A DNA stretch of 64,000 nucleotides from Flavobacteriaceae bacterium. Its GTDB lineage: Bacteria; Bacteroidota; Bacteroidia; Flavobacteriales; Flavobacteriaceae. The notes beneath the pieces are model-generated. The model searched no databases. It saw nothing but the letters and a program-made list of their open reading frames with translations, and had not been told where the DNA came from. The translations under genes and the position numbers were made by a program. How positions within the stretch are numbered: the first letter of the stretch is position 1; the number at the start of each line of letters is the position of its first letter. Shown here piece after piece: positions 21,758 through 30,399 of the stretch. The stretch covers positions 739 through 64,738 of the forward strand of contig NVRM01000002.1 in assembly GCA_002400885.1 (NCBI GenBank), written 5' to 3'.

Positions 21758-22969
21758 ATGAAAAGTACCACATTTATCATTTTTGTAATGAGCATTGCTT
21801 TATCTCAAGCGCAAGTCTTAAAAAAAATAGAATACAAGGCCTACGGAGTCGTAAATTATTATAATTATAATTGGGATACCGATACAGAAAAGCGTGATGT
21901 TTTTGATACAGAACGCCTAAATGTATACTTAAAATATAATTTTACAGATAAGATTCAATTAAAAACAGAATTCGAATTTGAGCATGGTGGTACTGGTATA
22001 ACTATGGAATTAGACAAATTCGAAGAATTTGGAGAATATGAAACGGAGTTAGAAGCTGGAGGTGCTGTAAAATTAGAGCAACTCAATATCTTATTCTTAT
22101 ATAAGCCATGGTTAAACTTTCGAATTGGTCGTCTTAAATTATACATGGGAAATGCTTCAAAACTAGACACTCCTACCCAGTATTTTACAGGCTATCGATC
22201 GGCTATGGAAAACACTTTACTCCCTATGGGCTGGTATGAAAACGGAATAGAGCTTCTGGGAGATTTTGGAAAAAACAAGCAATTTAGCTATAAGCTATTT
22301 CTAGTAAACGGATTGTCAAGTGTAGGATTTACCTCAGCCAATTGGATTAAGAGAGGGCATCAAACACGGTTTGAAACCATTAACACAAACAACTTAGCCT
22401 TCTCAAGCAGGTTCGATTACAACTTAAAAAACAACGGTTACATAGGATGTAGTACTTATATAGGAAACACCAATAACAACCGTCCTAAACCTGACCTCGA
22501 CCACATTACAGGGACGGTAAGTATTATAGATCTACATGCCAATGTAGAGACTGAAAATTTTAAGTTCCGCGCCATGGTTTTGTATGGAAATCTCCAAAAT
22601 TCAGATAAAATAACCGCTGCCAATAAAAAGTTATCTAATAATCTAAACGTAAAACGCACCCCTGTTGCTAAAAACACCTTGGGGTATTATGCCGAAGTTG
22701 GTTACAACATCCTTTCACTTTCACCTAGAACTACGGATAAAAAACTATTCCTATTTGGCCGATACGACTTTTACGATAGCATGTATAAAACTGCTGGAAA
22801 TGTTTTTGACAATCCGCGTTGGGAACGTAGTGTAATCACAGCAGGTGCCAATTATATGATCCATCCTAGAGTCAATCTAAAGGCACATTATGCCATCAAC
22901 TCCCTAGGCTTGTCATCAGAAAACAAAGAAAAAACCTTCCTGTTAGGAATGGGATTCACTATTAATTAA
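21758..22969 (+). CDS. Putative outer-membrane beta-barrel porin
   Basis: 403-aa ORF with a signal peptide, an alternating amphipathic strand pattern and a terminal MGFTIN. It is the first gene of the imelysin cluster. Confidence 0.65.
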   Translation: MKSTTFIIFVMSIALSQAQVLKKIEYKAYGVVNYYNYNWDTDTEKRDVFDTERLNVYLKYNFTDKIQLKTEFEFEHGGTGITMELDKFEEFGEYETELEAGGAVKLEQLNILFLYKPWLNFRIGRLKLYMGNASKLDTPTQYFTGYRSAMENTLLPMGWYENGIELLGDFGKNKQFSYKLFLVNGLSSVGFTSANWIKRGHQTRFETINTNNLAFSSRFDYNLKNNGYIGCSTYIGNTNNNRPKPDLDHITGTVSIIDLHANVETENFKFRAMVLYGNLQNSDKITAANKKLSNNLNVKRTPVAKNTLGYYAEVGYNILSLSPRTTDKKLFLFGRYDFYDSMYKTAGNVFDNPRWERSVITAGANYMIHPRVNLKAHYAINSLGLSSENKEKTFLLGMGFTIN

Positions 22970-22983
22970 TTTATAACAAACAA

Positions 22984-24051
22984 ATGAAAAATTACAACAG
23001 CCTTGCAAAAATTGCATTTTTAACGGTATTATCAATCCAACTTATTTCTTGTGAAGACGATGATCCAACACCGGTAGTGGCGGAAATCTCATATTCAGAA
23101 CATCTGAAGAATATAACGGACAATGTCATTGTTGAAACTTATACAGACTTAGCAAATAAAGCAGGTATTTTATTGAATGAAGTTACAGATTTTAAAGCCA
23201 ACAGAACGGTCTCTAATTACGATGAAGCAAAGCAAGCATGGAGAGATTCTAGAGCACCTTGGGAACAATCAGAAGGATTTTTATTTGGCCCAGTAGATAC
23301 AGATGGTGTAGACCCTGCGATAGACGCTTGGCCTGTAAACGAAGTAGACCTTAACAATGTATTGGCTTCTTCTGACGTCTTAAATGAAAGTTATATAGAA
23401 AGTGCGATCGACGAAATCAAAGGGTTTCATACCATCGAATATTTATTGTGGTCAGTAGACGGGAATAAACAATTGGAAGATTTTACAGACCGTGAATTTG
23501 ACTACTTAATTGCCGCCACTGAAAATTTAAAAAACAGAACACAACAATTAGCAGATGCTTGGACATCTAGCTATGCCAACATCCTTAAAACGGCAGGAAA
23601 CAACAGTGTCTTTGTCTCTCAAAAATCAGCCTTAGAAACATTAGTTGCAGGTTTAATTGCCATCGCTGACGAAGTTGGTACTGGAAAAATTGAAGATCCT
23701 TTAAATGGAAATTCTGGATCAGCAGATCAAACAAAGGAAGAGTCAAGATTCAGCCATAATTCAAAAACTGATTTCTCAAATAATATCAAAAGTATTTCAA
23801 ACATCTACAACGGAACCTATTTTGTAGACGGTAAAGGTCTTTCTGATATTATTAAGGTAGACAACAGTGATTTAGATGCAGAATTTAATCAAGCATTGAT
23901 TGACGCCATTCAAGCCATTGATAACATTCCTGGAACCTTTACAACAGCTATTGTATCAAACCGTGCTCAGGTTACAAATGCACAAAATAAAGTATTGGCT
24001 GTTTTAGACCTTTTAGAAAGTCAGATAGCTCCTGTTATTAAAAAAATCTAA
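22984..24051 (+). CDS. Imelysin-family (peptidase M75-like) lipoprotein
   Basis: 355-aa ORF with a lipobox (LISC), an HxxE motif (GFHTIEYLLW) and a second helical repeat typical of imelysin/IrpA-like proteins. Confidence 0.8.
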   Translation: MKNYNSLAKIAFLTVLSIQLISCEDDDPTPVVAEISYSEHLKNITDNVIVETYTDLANKAGILLNEVTDFKANRTVSNYDEAKQAWRDSRAPWEQSEGFLFGPVDTDGVDPAIDAWPVNEVDLNNVLASSDVLNESYIESAIDEIKGFHTIEYLLWSVDGNKQLEDFTDREFDYLIAATENLKNRTQQLADAWTSSYANILKTAGNNSVFVSQKSALETLVAGLIAIADEVGTGKIEDPLNGNSGSADQTKEESRFSHNSKTDFSNNIKSISNIYNGTYFVDGKGLSDIIKVDNSDLDAEFNQALIDAIQAIDNIPGTFTTAIVSNRAQVTNAQNKVLAVLDLLESQIAPVIKKI

Positions 24052-24069
24052 GTTTTTTCAAACTCATTA

Positions 24070-24110
24070 AAAGTGCACTTTCTATACGTTTTGTAAAGAA
24101 AGTGCACTTT
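24070..24110 (+). promoter_or_regulatory. Intercistronic stem-loop
   Basis: 14-bp perfect stem AAAGTGCACTTTCT/AGAAAGTGCACTTT with a 13-nt loop, between the imelysin gene and the di-haem gene. No clear T tract follows. Confidence 0.6.
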
Positions 24111-24125
24111 ATACACTACAAAATC

Positions 24126-25511
24126 ATGAAGAAAACACCACTATTCATACTGCTCGCCTTATTTATATGCTCCTGTTCAAAGGATGACGCGAACGATATA
24201 CCAACAAGCATTCCCGATAAAGAAGCACGATTATATGCTGGTGGAAAGACAACTATTTTTGCCAATACGTCCTTTTCTTTTGACAACCCCGCAACGAACT
24301 TAAACGCTGCAAATCTAGCCATTCACTTAGCTGGCGACATGCAATTTGAACAAGCATTTGTTACGGCTCCTGCCGTTATTAACCCAGGATTGGGCGCTCA
24401 GTTTAACAATACATCTTGTATCTCTTGCCATCCAAAAGACGGAAGAGCAGGATTTCCAAACGACATTAATACAAGAAGTGGTTTTTTCTTAAGAACCAGT
24501 ATTCCAGGCACCGATGCTCATGGTGGGCCTAACCCTACTCCCGGTTTTGGTGGGCAATTACAAAATCACGCAATTTATGGGAAACAAGCAGAAGTAAAAT
24601 TCACCATTACCTATCAAGATTTACCCGTACATTTTAAGGACGGAACTACGGTTATACTTAAAAAACCAATTTATGGCGTAACAGATACTTACATTCCCAT
24701 GCCTTCAAATGCAATGTTTTCTCCAAGAATAGGTCCCCCAGTATATGGCTTAGGCTTATTAGAAGCCATCACAGAAGCAGACTTACTTAAAAAAGAAGAC
24801 CTTTTAGATAGTGACGAAGATGAAATTTCAGGAAAAGCAAACCGCGTTTGGGATCCTGTTTCAAAAACACATAAAATAGGTCGTTTCGGATGGAAAGGAG
24901 GTGCACCTTCCGTTATGGTACAAAGTGCAGGTGCTTATCATGGAGATATGGGCCTAACAAGTCCCCTATTCCCTAACGAAGCAGATGCTGGACAAACAAA
25001 CGGAAGCCCATTAGAACAAGCAGCCCCAGAAATAAGTCAAGAAATTTTAGATCAAATCGAAGTGTACTGTCAGACATTGGCCGTTCCTGCAGCAAGAAAT
25101 TTAGACGATCCAGCAGTCGTTTTAGGCTTCCAATTATTTGAAGATGCAAATTGTATTGCCTGTCATACTCCTAAACATATAACAGGAGTCATTAAAGGAA
25201 TTCCTGCCATTTCCAATCAAACAATTTATCCCTATACAGATTTACTATTACATGATATGGGAGACGATTTAGCGGACAATAGGCCTGAATTTTTGGCCGA
25301 TGGTAATGAATGGCAAACACGCCCTTTGTGGGGAATAGGACTCACAAACCTAGTCAATGGACATACCAATTTTTTACATGATGGACGCGCACGTAATTTG
25401 GAAGAAGCCATCTTATGGCATGGCGGAGAAGCAAAAAAATCGCAAGAATATTACCTTGATTTAAATAAGAAAGAACGTGCTGCTCTACTCGCTTTTCTAG
25501 CTGCCATCTAA
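24126..25511 (+). CDS. DUF1111-type di-haem oxidoreductase (putative peroxidase) lipoprotein
   Basis: Two CxxCH haem motifs (CISCH, CIACH) and a lipobox (FICSC). The start is set at MKKTPLF (24126), downstream of the hairpin. Confidence 0.85.
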   Translation: MKKTPLFILLALFICSCSKDDANDIPTSIPDKEARLYAGGKTTIFANTSFSFDNPATNLNAANLAIHLAGDMQFEQAFVTAPAVINPGLGAQFNNTSCISCHPKDGRAGFPNDINTRSGFFLRTSIPGTDAHGGPNPTPGFGGQLQNHAIYGKQAEVKFTITYQDLPVHFKDGTTVILKKPIYGVTDTYIPMPSNAMFSPRIGPPVYGLGLLEAITEADLLKKEDLLDSDEDEISGKANRVWDPVSKTHKIGRFGWKGGAPSVMVQSAGAYHGDMGLTSPLFPNEADAGQTNGSPLEQAAPEISQEILDQIEVYCQTLAVPAARNLDDPAVVLGFQLFEDANCIACHTPKHITGVIKGIPAISNQTIYPYTDLLLHDMGDDLADNRPEFLADGNEWQTRPLWGIGLTNLVNGHTNFLHDGRARNLEEAILWHGGEAKKSQEYYLDLNKKERAALLAFLAAI

Positions 25512-25620
25512 TTTTATCAAGACGCAACAAACCCTAAAAAAAACAATAATTTCTTTAAAACCCTCCTCCAATACGACTAAATAAAAACAAATAAAAACAC
25601 TCCTAAAAAAGTAATTAATG

Positions 25621-25628
25621 TAATTTTG
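25621..25628 (+). promoter_or_regulatory. Bacteroidota -7 promoter box abutting the methyltransferase start
   Basis: TAATTTTG is an exact match, with its G only 4 nt before the ATG at 25633. Confidence 0.4.
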
Positions 25629-25632
25629 TACT

Positions 25633-27264
25633 ATGAGTAAAAATATTACAAAATTGTTATCAGAAGATGATAGACCTCACGATGTAGCGGATAACAAGAA
25701 AAATAAATATGGGCAATACTTTACCCCGGAATTAATTGCAGATTTCATGATAAATCTAGCAGATATAACTAAAAACACTACGATTCTAGAACCTTCCTGT
25801 GGGGAAGGTATATTTATAAAACAATTACTTAAAAAAGGACATAAAAACATCACGGGCTATGAATTAGACAACAGTTTGATTCCAGCATCACTTTCCAAGA
25901 CTATTATAAATGAAAGTTTTGTAGCTATGGATACCCATAAAAAATACAATTTAATCATTGGGAATCCTCCATACATTCGGTGGAGAAATTTAGAACAAGA
26001 ACTTAAAACAGAGCTTTCTTCCAATCAATTATGGAACAAACATTTTAACAGTCTTTGTGATTATTCGTACCTCTTTATTTTAAAATCGGTGGAACTTTTA
26101 GAGGATGGAGGACAACTTATTTTTATTACTCCTGAATATTGGTTAAACACGACACATTCCAAAAGTTTACGTAATTATTTGGTGCAACAGGGCTATTTCG
26201 AAGCTATTTATCATTTCAATGAAACACCTATATTTGAAAACGTCCACGTTTCGACCATTGTATTTAAGTTTATTAAATCCAATGAAAAAAAGCCCTTTAT
26301 AAATTTCACGAAATTTCACACTAATAAAAAACTGACGCAAGAGGTTTTAGAAAACATCAAAGAGAGCAATCAAACCGACCATGTAACCTACATGAAAATT
26401 GCCCAATTCACAGAAAATAAAAATTGGCTTCTTAGCTCAGAAACAATCAATGAGGAGATGCGTTATTTTGAAAACAAATGTAAATCCCCTAACACAACAT
26501 CTTCAAAATCATTCGATAATGCAACTGAATACCCAACGATTGGTGACATCTGTGACATAGGAAATGGACTCGTAAGCGGTTTAGATAAAGCTTTTCAATT
26601 AAGTGATGAAGTACTCAATCCAAAAGAATTACAACAGCGTTTACAGGTTGTAAAGGCGAAACATTTAAGCCCTTATCTATATACCAATATCACCAATTAT
26701 ATCTATGTAAATGAAATTGAAGAGAAGGCAATATTTGAAAAGGAATATCCCAATTATTTTAAAAAATTATTCCAAGACAAGAAAAAGCTAGAAAAAAGGT
26801 ATCAGTATAACCGTAAAATACCATACTGGCATTGGGTATTTTTAAGGAATTTCACTTTATTTAGCAGTTCTAAAGACCGGATTTTTGTTCCTTGTAAAGA
26901 ACGCATTTCAAATAAAGATTATTTTAGATTTTCATTTGTTGAGAAAAACATATTCCCCACACAAGATGTAACCGCCTTATTTAGAAAAGAAAACACGAGA
27001 GAAAGCATCTACTATATCCTCGCATTTTTAAATAATAAGAGGGTTTTTCAATGGTTGGTTAATAATGGTATCGTAAAAGGTAATATTGTTGAATTTTCAG
27101 AAAGACCAATCGCCAGTATTCCTTTTAGAAAAATAGACTGGAACAATCCAGAGGACGTTTATAATCACGATCTTATAACAACATATACAGCGCAGTATAT
27201 TCAAACCAGCTCTAAGGGATATTTGGAGAAGGTTCATTTAATTTTTGACGATCTTTTAAATTAA
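25633..27264 (+). CDS. Gamma-class N6-adenine DNA methyltransferase (Eco57I/TaqI-like) with C-terminal target-recognition domain
   Basis: 543-aa ORF with an FTP motif (YFTPELIADFM), AdoMet motif I (ILEPSCGEGIF) and catalytic motif IV (GNPPYIRW). The C-terminal half has a TaqI_C-like signature (IGDICDIGNGLVSGLDKAF). Confidence 0.9.
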   Translation: MSKNITKLLSEDDRPHDVADNKKNKYGQYFTPELIADFMINLADITKNTTILEPSCGEGIFIKQLLKKGHKNITGYELDNSLIPASLSKTIINESFVAMDTHKKYNLIIGNPPYIRWRNLEQELKTELSSNQLWNKHFNSLCDYSYLFILKSVELLEDGGQLIFITPEYWLNTTHSKSLRNYLVQQGYFEAIYHFNETPIFENVHVSTIVFKFIKSNEKKPFINFTKFHTNKKLTQEVLENIKESNQTDHVTYMKIAQFTENKNWLLSSETINEEMRYFENKCKSPNTTSSKSFDNATEYPTIGDICDIGNGLVSGLDKAFQLSDEVLNPKELQQRLQVVKAKHLSPYLYTNITNYIYVNEIEEKAIFEKEYPNYFKKLFQDKKKLEKRYQYNRKIPYWHWVFLRNFTLFSSSKDRIFVPCKERISNKDYFRFSFVEKNIFPTQDVTALFRKENTRESIYYILAFLNNKRVFQWLVNNGIVKGNIVEFSERPIASIPFRKIDWNNPEDVYNHDLITTYTAQYIQTSSKGYLEKVHLIFDDLLN

Positions 27265-27896
27265 AAAGCCCCCTATGACCATAAATTATCAAGCACTCAT
27301 ATAAGTAATTGCAAGTAAAGCAGCGCCAAGTTCTTTATACATCCATTGGGCCGCTGCAATGCAGTTGCAATTTCACGTTTCTAGCTTGGATCAAAGTTTT
27401 AGAGGAACACGAGAAGAATGGGCAAGAGAATACCTTAAATACTTTGTAGAATCGGCAAAAAAAGAGGGCTAAAGACATGTGGAGAGAAAATTCGTAAAAC
27501 CCTATGAAAAACACGACATCACTCAAGAGACAAAACACTAACTAATAATCGACTACCTATCAAAAACAAGGCTCCCATTTACAACAGGTACTATCTCATC
27601 ACTTTTGTATTGGAGAACAAACATAGTAGCCTCGGATTACCGTCTTTATTAAACCTGAGATAAGCAGTCGATAATTTTAGAATTCATATTTATTTAGACG
27701 TTTATAATGGTGTCCTAATTCTAAAGAAAAGACGGCCTTGATTAATTGCAATGATTGATAAGGCTTCCGTAAAACAAACAAGCATCCTATACACATTAAG
27801 CTAGGAATCCTTTAAAAGGATAATATAGAACGATTCTAATTAGATGGTTTTGTTAAAATAAGGTTAAACAAATGATTTTTATCCCTTAAAATGAAT

Positions 27897-27904
27897 TATT
27901 TTTG
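27897..27904 (+). promoter_or_regulatory. Bacteroidota -7 promoter box
   Basis: TATTTTTG is an exact match, 26 nt upstream of the ATG at 27931. Confidence 0.45.
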
Positions 27905-27930
27905 AGTCCAAATTATAAACAAAACTAATA

Positions 27931-28359
27931 ATGAAAAAATCAATCTTAATGTTAGGCTTAGCAGCATTTATGTTCGTAAGCTGTGGTGACAAGAAAAAAG
28001 AAGAAGTAAAAAAAGAAGTAGAAACAACCATAGAAAAAGTAGAAGCAGTTGCTAAAGATGTAGTTGCAGATGCTGGAGCTACTGTTACTGCTGGAAAAAA
28101 ATTATTCACAGAAAAAGGATGTATCGCTTGCCACCAAGAAATGGTAAAGGTAGTAGGTCCATCTATTAAAGATATCGCTGCAAAATACGCTTCAGAAAAA
28201 GGAAACATGGTAAAATTCCTAAAAGGAGAAGCTGCTGCAATTGTAGATACAAACCCTGGTCAAGTAGCTATTATGAAAGCAAACTTAGACGGATTTGTTA
28301 AAGATTTGAGTGGAGACCAATTGGCTTCATTAGCTACTTATATGAGAAGCGTTAAATAA
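27931..28359 (+). CDS. Mono-haem c-type cytochrome lipoprotein
   Basis: 142-aa ORF with a lipobox (FVSC), a single CxxCH (CIACH) and a lysine/glutamate-rich linker. Confidence 0.85.
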   Translation: MKKSILMLGLAAFMFVSCGDKKKEEVKKEVETTIEKVEAVAKDVVADAGATVTAGKKLFTEKGCIACHQEMVKVVGPSIKDIAAKYASEKGNMVKFLKGEAAAIVDTNPGQVAIMKANLDGFVKDLSGDQLASLATYMRSVK

Positions 28360-28380
28360 CATTTTTCACATACATAAATC

Positions 28381-28408
28381 AAGCACCTATTTATAGGTGC
28401 TTTTTTTG
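28381..28408 (+). terminator. Rho-independent terminator of the cytochrome c gene
   Basis: Stem AGCACCTAT/ATAGGTGCT followed by a T7 run. Confidence 0.8.
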
Positions 28409-28418
28409 TGCAAAATAG

Positions 28419-28426
28419 TATCTTTG
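28419..28426 (+). promoter_or_regulatory. Bacteroidota -7 promoter box abutting the rlmD start
   Basis: TATCTTTG is an exact match, with its G 4 nt before the ATG at 28431. Confidence 0.4.
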
Positions 28427-28430
28427 CAAA

Positions 28431-29840
28431 ATGGCAAGAAAAAAGAAACTACAGATATTTGAGAATATCGAAGTGATTGATGCAGGAGCACGAGGAAAAA
28501 CCGTAGCAAAAGCACCCGATGGACGTGTTATATTTTTAACAAATACGGTCCCAGGGGATGTTGTGGATATTAGAACAGGAAAAAAACGCAAGGCGTACTA
28601 TGAAGGTACCGCTGTAAAATTCCATAAATTATCCGAAAAACGTGTGGAACCTTTATGTGAACATTTTGAGCATTGCGGTGGTTGCAAATGGCAAAACATG
28701 GGCTACCAATACCAATTGGAATACAAAGAAAATGAAGTTACCAATAACTTAATTCGTATTGGTCATTTAGAATTGCCAGAAGTTACCCCTATTTTAGGAT
28801 GTAAAAACATCTACTATTATAGAAATAAAATGGAATATTCTTTTTCAAGCACACGTTGGTTGACATTGGATGAGATAAATAGTGACGAACAAATAGACAA
28901 TCGCAACGCATGTGGTTTTCACATCGCCGGAATGTGGGATAAGATTTTAGATGTGACCACGTGTCACTTACAAGAAGAACCCTCTAATGCCATCCGTAAT
29001 TTCATTAAAGATTATGGACTAGAACATGACTTGGAATTTTTCAATCCAAGAGAGCAATCTGGTTTTTTAAGAACCATGATGATTCGAATTTCTTCTACGG
29101 GAGATATCATGTTGGTACTTCAATTGTTTAAAGAAGATACCAAAAACCGAATTGCGCTATTAGATGCAATTGCCGAAAAATTCCCCGAAATTACTTCTTT
29201 GCAATATGTGATTAATGGAAAAGGAAATGATACAATTTATGATCAAGACATCATTTTATACAAAGGATTGGATCATATTTTCGAAGAAATGGAAGGTTTA
29301 AGATTCAAAATTGGACCTAAATCATTCTATCAAACCAATTCAGAACAAGCCTACGAATTGTATAAAATTACACGCGAAGCTGCTGCCTTAACAGGAACTG
29401 AGCTCGTATACGATTTATATACAGGTACCGGAACTATTGCGCAGTTTGTTGCAAAAGATGCAAAGAAAGTAATAGGTGTAGAATCTGTTCCTGATGCTAT
29501 TAGAGACGCAAAATTAAATGCAGAAAACAACAAAATAGACAATGTTGAATTTTTCGTAGGAGATATGAAAGATGTATTTAATACCGAATTTATAAATGCA
29601 CATGGACACCCAGATGTAATTATTACAGATCCACCACGCGATGGAATGCATAAAAATGTTGTGGCAAAAATATTAGAAATTGCACCTAAACGTGTCGTCT
29701 ATGTAAGTTGTAATGCTGCAACTCAAGCCAGAGATCTTGCATTAATGGATCATTTATATAAAATCACAAAAGTACAAGCGGTAGACATGTTCCCACAAAC
29801 ACATCATGTGGAAAATGTAGTCGTATTAGAATTACGTTAG
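28431..29840 (+). CDS. rlmD: 23S rRNA (uracil-C5)-methyltransferase RlmD/RumA
   Basis: 469-aa ORF with an N-terminal TRAM domain, an Fe-S cysteine cluster (CEHFEHCGGCKWQ) and an AdoMet fold (DLYTGTGTIA, DPPRDG). Confidence 0.92.
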   Translation: MARKKKLQIFENIEVIDAGARGKTVAKAPDGRVIFLTNTVPGDVVDIRTGKKRKAYYEGTAVKFHKLSEKRVEPLCEHFEHCGGCKWQNMGYQYQLEYKENEVTNNLIRIGHLELPEVTPILGCKNIYYYRNKMEYSFSSTRWLTLDEINSDEQIDNRNACGFHIAGMWDKILDVTTCHLQEEPSNAIRNFIKDYGLEHDLEFFNPREQSGFLRTMMIRISSTGDIMLVLQLFKEDTKNRIALLDAIAEKFPEITSLQYVINGKGNDTIYDQDIILYKGLDHIFEEMEGLRFKIGPKSFYQTNSEQAYELYKITREAAALTGTELVYDLYTGTGTIAQFVAKDAKKVIGVESVPDAIRDAKLNAENNKIDNVEFFVGDMKDVFNTEFINAHGHPDVIITDPPRDGMHKNVVAKILEIAPKRVVYVSCNAATQARDLALMDHLYKITKVQAVDMFPQTHHVENVVVLELR

Positions 29841-29864
29841 GACACGTAGCGAGGATTGTTTTTG

Positions 29865-29960
29865 CCCCTCCCTACCCCTTTCTTATGCTAATGATTACCC
29901 CTTATTTTCAAGAAATAAAAAAACCTCTAACAGTTAATTGTTAGAGGTTTTTTGTGTTTT
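29865..29960 (+). repeat. Direct repeat copy A (~95 bp, contains the rlmD terminator)
   Basis: It aligns with 30580-30675 at roughly 80-85 percent identity by hand alignment. Both share the blocks ATTACCCCTTATTTT and AACCTCTAAC..TTAATT.TTAGAGG..GTGTTT. Confidence 0.8.
29915..29956 (+). terminator. Rho-independent terminator of rlmD
   Basis: 9-bp stem CCTCTAACA/TGTTAGAGG with a 6-nt loop, flanked by A7 upstream and T6 downstream. Confidence 0.8.
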
Positions 29961-30058
29961 TATAATTCCTTAAACACTCCTTCATAAAAATTACAACTCA
30001 TCGTATCAATACTATCTAATCTCTCAATTCTAATATTTCATATCTATTTCTCTTTTTC

Positions 30059-30142
30059 GGGCGTTCCCCAAGGGGGTCGGGCTATCCGCTATATCTTTTT
30101 TTTAAAAGAAAAAAAAAGGATGCCGCTGCTATCCCTAACGCG
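30059..30142 (+). repeat. GC-rich modular palindromic repeat unit, forward copy
   Basis: The head is GGGCGTTCCCCAAGGGGGTCGGGCTATCCGCT, the internal hairpin is T8/A9, and the tail is GCCGCTGCTATCCCTAACGCG. An inverted second copy lies at 30400-30520. Confidence 0.85.
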
Positions 30143-30152
30143 AATAAACCTA

Positions 30153-30180
30153 GTAGAGACGCAATGTATTGCGTCTCTAC
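30153..30180. repeat. Perfect 13-bp-arm palindrome
   Basis: GTAGAGACGCAAT-GT-ATTGCGTCTCTAC. Confidence 0.9.
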
Positions 30181-30399
30181 CCGTAATATATTAGATCCCA
30201 ATTGCCTATTACACACAATTTATCCACGCGTATCCGACATCCTCGCGCAGGCGGGGATCCGGCATAAAGAAGCATGCCCAGTCGATAACCTGCGTATTAA
30301 AACCTAATATTCATCTATTAAAAGATGTTTTTTCTATACAGAATACCTCTCTCAATTCTAACAACCAAAAACCAACAACAATCAACCAATTCCCCCTCT

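Noticed and set aside
27335-27538. 67-aa minus-strand ORF in the tract after the methyltransferase
   Set aside because: It is phenylalanine/cysteine/serine-rich with a low-complexity look and no promoter or start context. The opposite strand shows the more coding-like frame, which is reported as a finding instead.
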